The notes beneath the pieces are model-generated. The model ran no database searches. It was not told the origin of the DNA and was given only the letters and a program-made list of their open reading frames with translations. A program made the position numbers and the translations under genes. From assembly GCA_026991575.1 (NCBI GenBank), contig JALXBF010000069.1, positions 1 through 64,000 on the forward strand: 64,000 nt of DNA, in the 5' to 3' direction. Numbering within the stretch: the first letter of the stretch is position 1; each line of letters opens with the position of its first letter. Shown here piece after piece: positions 31,575 through 41,763 of the stretch. Origin of the DNA: Planctomycetota bacterium (GTDB lineage Bacteria > Planctomycetota > Planctomycetia > JALXBF01).

Positions 31575-33071
31575 ATGAGTGTAACTATCTGCGACCTGTT
31601 CCGCTGGTCGGCCCGGTCTCATCCCGGGGATCCGTGCATCTGGTACAAAGGGCGTACGTACACATATGCCCAGCTGTGGAACCAGAGTGTGGCGATCGCT
31701 GGCTGGCTACGTCAACAGGGTCTCCGGGCCGGAGACCGGGTCCTGATCTACGGTAAGAATTCGCCGGAGTACGCAGCGGCATATTTCGGTACATTATTAG
31801 CGGGCGGGATCGCTGTCCTCTGCGGACCGGCCTTTTGCCAGCGTGATCTACGCGAGATCGTTCGCGATAGCCACCCCCGCGCTGGCATTGGCTGCGGTTC
31901 ATTTTTTCAAACGCTCCAGCGCTGCGGCGCGCTTCCGGCAGGTATCCCAACACTGTCGTTCTGCGAGCCAGACGGCGACGGGACCGTGTCATCGCTGCAT
32001 GCGCAGGCGCGCGGGCTAGGAGATAACTGCCCTGAACCAGAGCCGTCGGATTTCGCCCATATCATCTACGGCACTGACAGCGCTGGAAGGTGGCGCGGCG
32101 CAACCTTTCGCCACTGCCATGTCACCCACGCCGTCCGTACGCTGCTGACCACGATCGAATTGGACGACGCAGTGCGGGCCGCCGTGACTCTGCCGTTCCA
32201 CGAGTCGCCGGGGTTGCTCGGGCTGGTGCTGTTGACCGCAGTCGGAGCAGAAATCGTCCTTGCCAACTCAACCCCATTGCCAACCCACGACGATGTGGAC
32301 ATGCTGTGGTTGCGTTCGGCTGCTGTGCCCGAGGTCATCGATAACGCCGGATCAGACCTGCCCGAGCAGTTGATCTGTTGGGGGCCCAGCGACACCGACG
32401 TGCACGGTCCCCTGCGGGAACTGGGGGTGCAAACCGCCGCCTTCCACTGGCACCACACGGTGGCTGGCCCGATCCTGAGGATCCTGTCGTTTGACGGGGA
32501 TGCTGTGGGCAAACCAGTCGATGGCATCCACGCACAGGTGCAGAGCAAATGTTCCTGCGGTCATGGTGACTGTCCTGGTGAGCTCGTTGTCTCGGGCGAT
32601 TCCGTGATGGCAGGGTACTGGGACCGCATTCAGGCAGCAGCTGTGGACGGTGAGCAGGAACCTGTCGGCACCGGCGACCTGGCCATCAGGGAATCTGAAG
32701 ACCGAATTCGCCTCCTGGGCAGAGCCGACCGATCGTTCTACGTGGAGGGCCGACGCGTCCACCCTGCGGAGATCGAAAGAGTGCTGGTGCAGCTCACAGG
32801 AGTGCGCCATGCTGTGGTTGTGCCACTAACGTCGAGCAGCGGCGCTAACACCGCTGGAGCGGTTGTGGTGCTAGCCTCCGCTGCCGCTACAAGCAAGCAG
32901 GAGATCCTGGAGTACTGTGCTCAGCAGCTCCCGGAACACAAGCGACCGGTTCGGTTGGTTGTAGCCGATCGTATACCGACCAACGGTGACGGCTCGCCTG
33001 ACACACGAGCCATACGAGCGCTACTTCTGAATGAGGCCGCATCCGGTAGGTCTTCCGTGAGTCAGGCTTGA
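31575..33071 (+). CDS. Class I adenylate-forming (AMP-binding) family protein with degenerate core motifs
   Basis: 'TYAQL', 'GDRV', 'GELVVSG..VMAGYW', 'TGDL', 'GRAD' and 'VHPAEIE'. The P-loop and terminal Lys motifs are altered. Confidence 0.8.
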   Translation: MSVTICDLFRWSARSHPGDPCIWYKGRTYTYAQLWNQSVAIAGWLRQQGLRAGDRVLIYGKNSPEYAAAYFGTLLAGGIAVLCGPAFCQRDLREIVRDSHPRAGIGCGSFFQTLQRCGALPAGIPTLSFCEPDGDGTVSSLHAQARGLGDNCPEPEPSDFAHIIYGTDSAGRWRGATFRHCHVTHAVRTLLTTIELDDAVRAAVTLPFHESPGLLGLVLLTAVGAEIVLANSTPLPTHDDVDMLWLRSAAVPEVIDNAGSDLPEQLICWGPSDTDVHGPLRELGVQTAAFHWHHTVAGPILRILSFDGDAVGKPVDGIHAQVQSKCSCGHGDCPGELVVSGDSVMAGYWDRIQAAAVDGEQEPVGTGDLAIRESEDRIRLLGRADRSFYVEGRRVHPAEIERVLVQLTGVRHAVVVPLTSSSGANTAGAVVVLASAAATSKQEILEYCAQQLPEHKRPVRLVVADRIPTNGDGSPDTRAIRALLLNEAASGRSSVSQA

Positions 33072-33263
33072 CCAGGGGCTGAGGCGTGTCGATCAAACGC
33101 TGGTTGAGACGCTGTGCGGTTCGGACTGTGCATCGCAGATGCGCGGATGCGGCGAAGCCTGCGGTCGGCTTCCAGACCGGGTTCCGCGCCGCGAATGGAA
33201 TGGCTAGTTTAGACCGTCGGCCACATGGAAGTGGGGGCAATCGATAACCATCGGCCGTAGTCA

Positions 33264-34349
33264 ATGCCCCGATCCGATCCGATGCTGCAGACGTCGGTAT
33301 CGACAGAAATTGTCCGTTCGGTAGATGTCATTCGGACTGCGCTGCCCAAGAACGGGGCGGGCACTGAGTCGCGCCGAGCAGTGCCAACGTCATGGCGTCC
33401 GGAATGGCTAACGGTGCTCGCAGACGGCCTTGGCCATGAACCGTATGCTGTGCGAGCTGTCGTCCCCTCTGGTACCGCCGTGGGCTGGCTCCTATTGGCA
33501 AGGGTGCGCCATCCACTGTTTGGTCACGCCCTAGTTTCGCTGCCGTATGTCAGCAGCGCGGGGCCGCAGGCGGAGGATGCTGTGGTTCAGGGGCAATTGC
33601 TCGACGAGGCCGTTCGGCTCGCGGAGGAGCTGGACGTTGACCACGTCCAGATTCGCATGGAGTCGCCGCTGGAGCACGAAGCGTTCACGGCGGTCCGGCG
33701 TGACAAGGTGATGATGCGCAGGGCACTACCGCCTTCAGTCGAGGAGCTGTGGAAGGAACTGAAGCCCAAAGTCCGCAACCAGGTCCGGAAAGGCGAACGG
33801 TCACAGCTAACAGTGCACTGGGGCCGGGACGAACTGCTCGCAGACTTCTACCGCGTCTTTGCTCGCAATATGCGCGACCTCGGCACGCCCGTGTACCCGA
33901 GGCGGCTCTTCGCCGCGATGCTAAGACACTTCGGCGATCGGTGCGAGATCTGCGTGGTCCGCGGCCCAGAAGGGACTCCGTACGCCGCAGCCATCCTGGT
34001 CCACGGTGACGGGTCCACTGAGGTGCCCAGCGCCAGTTCGCTGCGCGAGTACAACTCCACCTGCGCGAACATGCTGATGTACTGGCACCTGCTCAAACGC
34101 ACCATCGAACGCGGACAACGACAATTCGAGTTCGGACGCTCCACCGTTGACAGCGGCCCGTACCGGTTCAAGAAGCAGTGGGGGGCACAGCCGACGCAGC
34201 TTTACTGGTACTACCACGTCCGCCGCGGTGATCCGACGGCTGTCCGACCGGACAGCGAACACTATGCGTGGAAGGTGCGGATGTGGCAGAAGCTGCCGCT
34301 GTGGCTGGCGAATACGCTCGGCCCTTGGCTCGCCCGCGGCATTCCGTAA
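33264..34349 (+). CDS. FemAB-like GNAT protein (XrtA/PEP-CTERM EPS-associated type)
   Basis: 'LVSLPY', 'RNQVRKG', 'NMRDLGTPVY', 'NMLMYW' and 'FEFGRST..SGPYRFKKQWGA'. Confidence 0.9.
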   Translation: MPRSDPMLQTSVSTEIVRSVDVIRTALPKNGAGTESRRAVPTSWRPEWLTVLADGLGHEPYAVRAVVPSGTAVGWLLLARVRHPLFGHALVSLPYVSSAGPQAEDAVVQGQLLDEAVRLAEELDVDHVQIRMESPLEHEAFTAVRRDKVMMRRALPPSVEELWKELKPKVRNQVRKGERSQLTVHWGRDELLADFYRVFARNMRDLGTPVYPRRLFAAMLRHFGDRCEICVVRGPEGTPYAAAILVHGDGSTEVPSASSLREYNSTCANMLMYWHLLKRTIERGQRQFEFGRSTVDSGPYRFKKQWGAQPTQLYWYYHVRRGDPTAVRPDSEHYAWKVRMWQKLPLWLANTLGPWLARGIP

Positions 34350-34372
34350 GCTCAGAACCCTGACCGAGACCC

Positions 34373-35587
34373 GTGACGACGTTTCTCACAGCGCTGTTCT
34401 GGACCAGCGTCGCGTTGGTCGCGTACCACCTGGTTGGCTACGTAGCGGTGCTGCGCCTGGTCAGCGCCTTGCGCGGTCGCCGTGACCTGAGGCGCCCGCA
34501 GAACACCGCCGACTGGCCCACTGTCTCGCTGATCATCCCGGCACACAACGAAGCAGGGGTAATCGCCGACACGCTGCGCTCGGTTGCCGGGCTTGACTAT
34601 CCGCCCGACCGCCTCGAGGTCATCGTGGTCGATGACGGTAGCACGGACGGCACCGCTGAGCGGGCGCGGCAGGCGTGTGACGGAAAGCGGCTGCGCGTGC
34701 TGGAGGTCCGCCCGAGGCAGGGAAAGCCGAACGCTCTTGCCGAAGGTAGCCGGGTTGCCCGCGGCGACGTGCTCTGCTTCATGGATGCGAACGTCACGCC
34801 GAAGGCGGACTCGCTGCGTGCCCTTGTAGCTGCCCTGTCGAGCGATCGCATCGGTGCCGCCTCAGCGTTTGTGCACTTGAGAAATGAAGGAACTGACCTG
34901 CACATCGGGGAGAGCATCTACTACGGGGTGGAACACAGGCTGCATGGCCTGGAAACTCGTACAGGCAGTGCGCTGAGCGTAGACGGCAGCATGTACGTCG
35001 TCCGCCGCAGCCTGTACCAGCCATTGCCAAAGGACACGATCCTGGACGATTTCGTCACCAGCATGAATGTGGTCCGTCAGGGAAAGGACGTCGTTTTTGT
35101 ACCGGGAGCGACGGCAAGCGAGGCAGGCACGGAGAGCCTTGCGGATGAGTGGAAGCGGAAGAAACGGCTCGCGGCTGGATCGTTCCAGAGCCTGTGGCGC
35201 AGGGCGTTCCCCCCGCTGTCTCGGCCGGTGTTGCTCTGGCAGTTTGTGTCTCATAAGCTGCTGCGCTGGTTGCTCCCGTGGCTGCTCGTGGTGATCGTGG
35301 TGACGGGCTTTGCCCTGCGCGATAGGTCGCCCGTCTACTGGTTGGCGAGCCTGCTGATCGTGGCAGCGGCGGCTCTGGGGCTGGCTGGCGTACTGATCCG
35401 GCCCTTGCGACGTGTGCCCCCGTTCGGCCTGTTGGCTTATGCATTGGTCAGCCTGACCGCGTTCGCACTCGGACCGCTGCTGGCGTTCCGGCAGGGGGTG
35501 CTGTGGGAGAAAGCATCGCGAGCAGGCGTTGACGAGAAACGCTCGGCCGCAACGCTAACACCGGAAGCACATGTCTCCGTGGAGTAG
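34373..35587 (+). CDS. Glycosyltransferase family 2, paralog of 247..1422
   Basis: 'IIPAHNEA', 'DDGSTDGT', 'FMDAN', 'ILDDF' and 'SHKLLRW'. Confidence 0.9.
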   Translation: MTTFLTALFWTSVALVAYHLVGYVAVLRLVSALRGRRDLRRPQNTADWPTVSLIIPAHNEAGVIADTLRSVAGLDYPPDRLEVIVVDDGSTDGTAERARQACDGKRLRVLEVRPRQGKPNALAEGSRVARGDVLCFMDANVTPKADSLRALVAALSSDRIGAASAFVHLRNEGTDLHIGESIYYGVEHRLHGLETRTGSALSVDGSMYVVRRSLYQPLPKDTILDDFVTSMNVVRQGKDVVFVPGATASEAGTESLADEWKRKKRLAAGSFQSLWRRAFPPLSRPVLLWQFVSHKLLRWLLPWLLVVIVVTGFALRDRSPVYWLASLLIVAAAALGLAGVLIRPLRRVPPFGLLAYALVSLTAFALGPLLAFRQGVLWEKASRAGVDEKRSAATLTPEAHVSVE

Positions 35588-36025
35588 CCGATCACGGGTC
35601 CAATCGCTGGTCGGATCGATCAGGCCAGCACCGCGCTAGTGCCCACAACCACAGGTCGTTTCTTCGGACGGCGCGGCAAACATCGAGCAGGATGTGATCC
35701 CGCTTCCCGCCGAATCGGGCGTGCGTATCTAGACCGTCGGATAGTCTCGATAAGCCGTAATCCTGTCCGGTGCAGCATCCCGATGGGCCGTTCGACCGGC
35801 CGCATGACCCGGCTCGGAAACGCTGCGGGCCCACAATTGTCTGGAAGGGTGGGATGCTGGAGCTGAGCTGAACTCGCCTCGGACGGGCCAGAGCGAACAG
35901 CCTGCGACGGCGACAGGGGGCCGGAGGGACGGGGCCGGCGAACGTCCGTCGAAGCAACCAATCCGGTCGGCGTGGAGGATGTCCCTCGCGGCGCCGGATT
36001 GGTAACGACATCTACGCTGCGTTGG

Positions 36026-36056
36026 CCCGCTGGTCGCGCCACCAGCGGGTTTTTTT
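36026..36056 (+). terminator. Rho-independent terminator
   Basis: CCCGCTGGT-cgcgcc-ACCAGCGGG, a perfect 9-bp stem followed by T7. Confidence 0.8.
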
Positions 36057-36189
36057 GTGCGCGCCCGCGCCACCGACGGATTAGCTTTCTGCGCTCCGCG
36101 CCCCCCCGCGAGCGGCGGTGGGGCACCGCTGCGGGGTGGCGAAGAAATCTTTTTTGGTTGAGGGTGCCGCGGCGCTATCCATCAACCTT

Positions 36190-36220
36190 GCGGGAGGGGG
36201 GCATAAAGCCCCCCTCCCGC
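36190..36220. repeat. Perfect 13-bp inverted repeat (REP-like hairpin)
   Basis: GCGGGAGGGGGGC-ataaa-GCCCCCCTCCCGC; a related copy lies in inverted orientation at 36403-36420. Confidence 0.7.
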
Positions 36221-36995
36221 GGATCAAGGCAGGCTGACCGTTTCCTTCGGCAATTCCGGCGGCAGCGCCGGCGCTACTTGTGGTCGCCTGCTATCGTGGC
36301 GTGGAGTTCTGAACCACCGCCCATCGGAACACCTGGGCGCCGGTTGGTTCCGCCCCCCGTCGGAGAGCCGTTCAGCACGCCAGCACCTGTGAACTCACAC
36401 CTGGGGCCTTTATGCCGCCCTGGCGCCAGTTGGTTGAGTACCGCCGCGGTGCCGCGTGGCGCTTTCTTTCTCCGTCGCACTCCAAACACCCCGACGCTGC
36501 GGAACCTGGCCGCGACGTCCGCGGGGTGGGCTCCCGCACTCTCGGCCACGAACCCGACCACGGCCCTAGCATGGCCCGTGGATTGTCTTAGAACATCCCC
36601 TGGACAATGCGTGCGTTCGGTAGGTCAAGGACGTGCACCTCCCGTCGGTTTGGAAGGATCCGCTCTACACCGAGACGCGATGCGGCTACATCCAGTGCTT
36701 CGACAGGCCCAAGTGCCGTGCCAGGATCGTAGGTGAGGGGCCTCTGCCGTATCCGACGCGCATCCTTGATCCCCTTCTTGCAGGGGGCGACCGGGGTCCA
36801 TGACGCGCGGGGCGCAATGGCTGTAGTTCTGCGGGTCTCTGGTTACTGGTTCTGGCGTTGTCCCTTCGGAGGCCGGTAGCGGGGACCATGTTGTGTCACG
36901 GGTTGGCATGGGCGAGCAACGTTCCGTAGTGCGGGCGTCGCTTCGCCGCGGTTGCGCGCTGCCGCATCGACGGACAGGGCTTGGGAGGTTAGCCG

Positions 36996-39900
36996 ATGCT
37001 GACTGGAACGCTCGCGACCGCACTTGCGGCCTTCTGCATCGGTCAGACGCCTCTACCGGTGGGCACGCCTGCGTACGCCGTCCCGGTGGACAGCGGTCAC
37101 GTCGACGTGGCGCTTGCTGAAACAGGCCTGTTGAGGTTCGCGAGTTCGCACAGCATCAGGCCGAACGCATTCTTTCCCACTGGTGGTGTGATTGTCGCTC
37201 ACGCGCCTTGGGATGACCGCGTCGTGCTGCTGGACGACGACGTGGGCGTGATGGTCGCTGACGAACGGGGGGTCCGAGGGCCAGTCATACCGGTCTACGG
37301 GGGGCGCGGCTTGTCGGCCACGCGCGACCCTGACGAGTTCCTCGTGGTGTGCGAAAAGTCGGTAATCCGTGTCCGACTGCGGCCGGAGCGCAGCGATGTG
37401 GTCTACACGCTTCCGGTGGCCTCCGCGGGCATCGAGGCGCCGCTGGTCGGGGCCGCGGACGGAGCGCACGGAGTTGTAGTGGCCAGTGCCGAGGGCCAAC
37501 TGGCGTGCGTGTCAGTCCGGGTGGACAAGCACCGGCTGCAGGCGAAAGTGTTGAGCCGCACCAACGTTGGCGCTGCGATCCGGGCTCTGGCGCCGCTGTC
37601 GGCCACGACCGGAGTGCTGGCAACGGACAAAGGGCTGCTTGGATATCGTGTCGAATCGAGCGGCCAGCAACTCGCTACCGTACGGTTGACCAATGCCCCA
37701 GCCAGACGCTTGCAGCACTCCTCACACGCACTGTTCTGGGCCACGGACGGCGGCTGGTTTGTGGCCGATCGGGAGCGCGTTACCCAGGCGATCCGCAGCG
37801 GGGTAGCCCTCAGCAACGTGCAGCCCCTGGCCGATGTAGCGGCGTCCGACAGCCTGGTGCTGCACGGTCGTTTGGCTGCGACTTGGAACGACAGCGGCCA
37901 GGTGCATCTGTGGAACGCGACGGCATTGGGGTTGGAACCTACGGGGCGACTTACGCTCATATCTCATCCTTCCCACGTTGTCTTCGTTCCAGCCGGCATC
38001 GTTTGCGCCGCGGGTCGGGAGGTCTGGTTCACTAGCCGCAGCAGTATCCGGCGTCATCAGTGCGAGGGACAGGTAATCGCGCTGTTGTCGGATGGGACAT
38101 CGGTCTGGGTCGTTCACAAGGGCGGCATCGAGCGCTGGAGCGCGATGGACGGGGAGACTGCGGTCAAACGTTCCTGGCAGGGGTCCCGTCCGACGGCGGC
38201 CGTGCTGGCAGGCCGCCACGTGCTTGTGGCGGTCGACGGGAAGCTGAAGTGGCTAGATGGCGCCTCGCTTCAGTCTGTCCACGAAGCAACACCCCCGGGA
38301 AGGTTGCTCGGTCTAGTCCCCGCCAAAGAGTTCGCCGGAGCGCTACTGGATGGAGCCAACAGTGGTCAGGCCGGCTGGCGCCTGGCCGTGTACACGGGCG
38401 ACGGGCCCGACGTCCAGACCATTCTGGACTTGTCGGAACTAAAGCTCCATACCTTGAACGCCGGTTTGCCTAGACGTCTTGGCTTGTGGGCTGGCAGATG
38501 GTGGCTTCTGGACGGGGCCGGGACGCTTTGGCTTCGTGACGGTGGCGGCCGTTGGGAGCGCGTCGATGGCGGAGTGCGCGATGCTGCGCCGTTCAGCGAC
38601 GGGGAATTGCTACTGGCGAAGGCCCGCTATGGGGTGCGCGCGCTCAGGCTAAGGAACGACGTACCGGCGTTGGCGGCTGGCTGGAGCCAAATGTGGCTGG
38701 GGCCGGTCCAGTTGAGCTGCGACGGCAACACCATTTGGGCCTACCAGCCGGGCTACGTCTGGAGGGTCGTGTTGCACCGCGGTAAACCGAAGACTGTTTT
38801 CGAAGTACCCGAACTTGCAAAAATCCGAGGCCCGATCCGCGTCCTAGACGGCGATGTGGACGTGACTTCTGTCCGCTACGCGGTCGACCGGGGCTATGCC
38901 GAACCGCTGCGGCTGATCGAGGGAGATGCCGAAAGGACGGAACACGTTGCGCCCGGTACCGTGCTCGTCGATCGGAAGCGCGGTGTGGTGCGGTTCTCCG
39001 ATGGTATCAGCGGTTCGGTGCAGGAGGTAGGCTTTTGCTACCTGCCTCATCCGGGAAATTGCTTTGCTATCTACCGTGATCGATACCTAGTGGTCGGCGG
39101 TGGTGAAGGACGCAATCTGGAATGTTGGGACATCAGCCAGCCCAAGCGACCCAAACACTTGTGGCGAATCCAGCCGGCAGTTGGCCCGCCGGTTGCGCTC
39201 GCAACCGAGGGCGATAGGCTGTTCGTCGCAGCGAACATCTGGGGCACGGGGCTCTATGTGTATGACCTTTCGGATCTCACAACCCCCTGTCGGCTCGGCC
39301 AGTGTACCGAACTTGGCGAGCGGATTTCATCGATGGTCCTCCGCGGCAAGCATGCTTTTGTCCTCTCGTACCGGCCCGACCCAGCAGTGATCGCTGTGGA
39401 TGTCTCGGACCCGAAATCGCTACGCGTTATCCGGCGGCTGCGTATTGGGGGGGCCAGCATAATGGCCGGGTCGGAATCTTTCCTGTGTGTCGTCGCAGGC
39501 AAAGGTGCCACTAGCCGACTGGTGCTGGTCGACGCCCGGCAACCACGTGCCATGTCAATATCGGACGAAGAGCCGCTAGGATTTGACCCCCATTGGGTCG
39601 CCGCGGAGGGCGAACTGATCGCCGTATCCGGAAGCGAACGTGTGGACAACAAACGGTTCGGCGTTGTGGCCGTGTTTCGCCGCGAGGGTGGGATGCTGCG
39701 CCCGCTGTATCGGTGGCGTGAGAACCCGCCCGGGTGGCTTGTGCGCACGGTCGTCGCGCTCGCAGAAGACGCCCTCTACGTCGGCTATATGAGCCCGTCG
39801 CTAACAGTGTTGCGCACCTATCGTGTGTCGAGCGCGAAGCCGACCGCGGTCTCGGAATACACCGTGGGACCAGGGCTAGACGGCGCGTGCGAAGTAGGCC

Positions 39901-41058
39901 ACATGCTACCACATCGCGATCGGCTCTTCGTTGCGGTGCCCCAAACTGCCGTGCGAGTCTTCGATATTACGGATCGGCTGCGTCCTCGGCTAGCTTTCCG
40001 CGTGCCAGCAGCCGAAGGCTGGGGCGGTCACGTGGAAGTCGCTAATGGTGGTGGCGTATCTCGACGACGAGGGAGGACCACATTTTGCTATCACGGCGAT
40101 CGATGTGTCCAGGCCACAGCGACCGTGGCTCGTGGCGCGCACCATTCCAAACGGCACCCTCAGACCTTGCCATCCACTGGTATTGGGGAACAAGCTGTTG
40201 GTGCTGAGCAACGGTGGGCCGCTGGCCGTACTGAGGCTGCAGGATCCGTTTCGGCCCAAACTGGCCGGCCGGCTCAGCCTCGGGGGATCGGGGCCCGCCG
40301 GCGCTCGTGGCATCGTGCCGTATGACCAAGACCGTGTGCTGGTCGCTCCACTGTACTGGAACGGCCAATGGGCTCTGGTAGACGTTTCCAACGCGGCACA
40401 GCCGAAGGTCATAGCCCGCGTGAGCGGGCGCCGGGGAGGAGGACATGGCACGGTGGGCGTGGCTTCCTGGCAGCGGTACGTCTTCTGGTTCGGTATGCCC
40501 GAGATGGCCAAGGATGCGGAGCGGGCCAATGGCTTCCGAGCGTATGATCTCAGCAATCCCTCCGCACCGAAGGAGCTCGGCCACTGGTTCCTGTACAACG
40601 TGGCCAGCAACGGCGAGGTTGCCCAGCGCGACGGATACCTCTTCCTCTGGATAGATCGGATCGGCGTCTGGGGATCGCCCGGCTGGTGGGCCGGCCGCAA
40701 GTCGAACGGCAGGTTGCTGGTCTTCGATGTGCGCGATCCGACATCGCCGAAGCTGGTGGCCGACTACCCGGCACCGGCGATGACCGGCGTACTGGCAGAC
40801 ATGTGCATTCAGGGCAGCTATCTGTACCTGCTTTCCTACATGGAATGGCGGCTGATGATCCTGGACATTTCGCGACCCGAGTCACCGGTTGAGGTCGCCA
40901 ACTGGCAACGACCGAACGACGAGTTCTGGTATCCAGGTGGCATCGATCTGGCTGGGCCATACGCCTACGTGACTGGAGCAGACACGCTAAGCGTACTCAG
41001 CGTGCCCCAGCCACCGCAGGCGCCTCACCGCCGCATCCGCGTAGAACCGGCTCACTGA
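36996..41058 (+). pseudogene. Large secreted LVIVD-repeat beta-propeller protein split by a 1-nt frameshift at ~40050 (ORFs 36996..40325 and 40045..41058)
   Basis: Signal peptide plus repeats 'WDISQPKRP', 'YDLSD', 'VDVSDPKS', 'FDITD', 'IDVSRP', 'YDLSNPSAP', 'FDVRDPTSP', 'LDISRPESP'. Deleting one G at 40050/51 fuses the frames. Confidence 0.75.
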
Positions 41059-41668
41059 AGAGCTATCCCCAGAATGGTTTGTCCTGGATGCCCTTGCCAA
41101 GAGAAGCTGCGGCGAGCCTCGCGAGAATGCCGATTGATGAGAATTGCCTGCGTCGGGCAGGGGGCTGTTAAGCGAGCATCCTTCCGACGCAGGGAGGAGG
41201 CGCATCGCCACATCCCATCGCTGTTCGGAATCAGTTGTCGCGTCGATCACCGCGACCATGCAGTCGCTCAGCGATGAGCCGCGGTGCGCTCCGGGTCGGC
41301 CAGCTCGGCCAGCCACATCGCTGAAGTGGAGCTTTAACTCGAGGTCGTAGCAGGATGCGTACGCGATGCAACAGGAGTGCGATTCCGGCGACCGATGAGC
41401 TTGCCAACAGGAGCAGGCCACATGAGTGGTTGAAGCGCTCGGCGGTGGCAGCGTCACGGGTGTTTTTCCCGTGCCTTGAGCTGCTGCTGGTGGCCTTCTA
41501 AAGCGAGGGAGCGATGGCGCATGGCGGGCTGGATGGCCAGGGCGCGCCGCAATGGCTGAGCAGGGGCGTCGAGGACCGCCTGCCCGTAGGCGCCTCCTGA
41601 CGAAACGGCAGACACGCCCGGCGGCCAACAGAACACCGGCCAAGACCACAGTCCCGGCCGGTGTCCGA

Positions 41669-41763
41669 TATCGCACGATGTGGGGTGGAACACCAGGTTG
41701 CCAGCCGCCATCCCACAATGTGTATCCCACGATGTGGGGTACAACGCCAGGTCGTCAGCCGCC
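41669..41763. repeat. 41-nt imperfect direct repeat, two copies, period 54
   Basis: 41669-41709 and 41723-41763 match at 35/41; a partial third core ATCCCACAATGTG lies between them. Confidence 0.8.

Noticed and set aside
35761..35920. 6S RNA-like segment (ACAGCCTGCGACGGC resembles the 3' part of E. coli 6S)
   Set aside because: The match is short, several competing folds exist and no clear central bubble is visible. Kept only as part of the generic structured-RNA candidate.
35972..36736. 254-aa + strand ORF in the intergenic gap
   Set aside because: Runs through a strong terminator and palindromes; Arg/Pro-rich composition typical of non-coding GC-rich frames.
40987..41730. 247-aa minus-strand ORF or possible IS end after the LVIVD gene
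   Set aside because: No recognisable family motif or matching inverted repeat; it may be a decayed gene but this cannot be supported.
41669..41763. CRISPR array
   Set aside because: Only two imperfect copies with a 13-nt spacer and no cas genes. No CRISPR array, tRNA or rRNA was recognised anywhere in the window.
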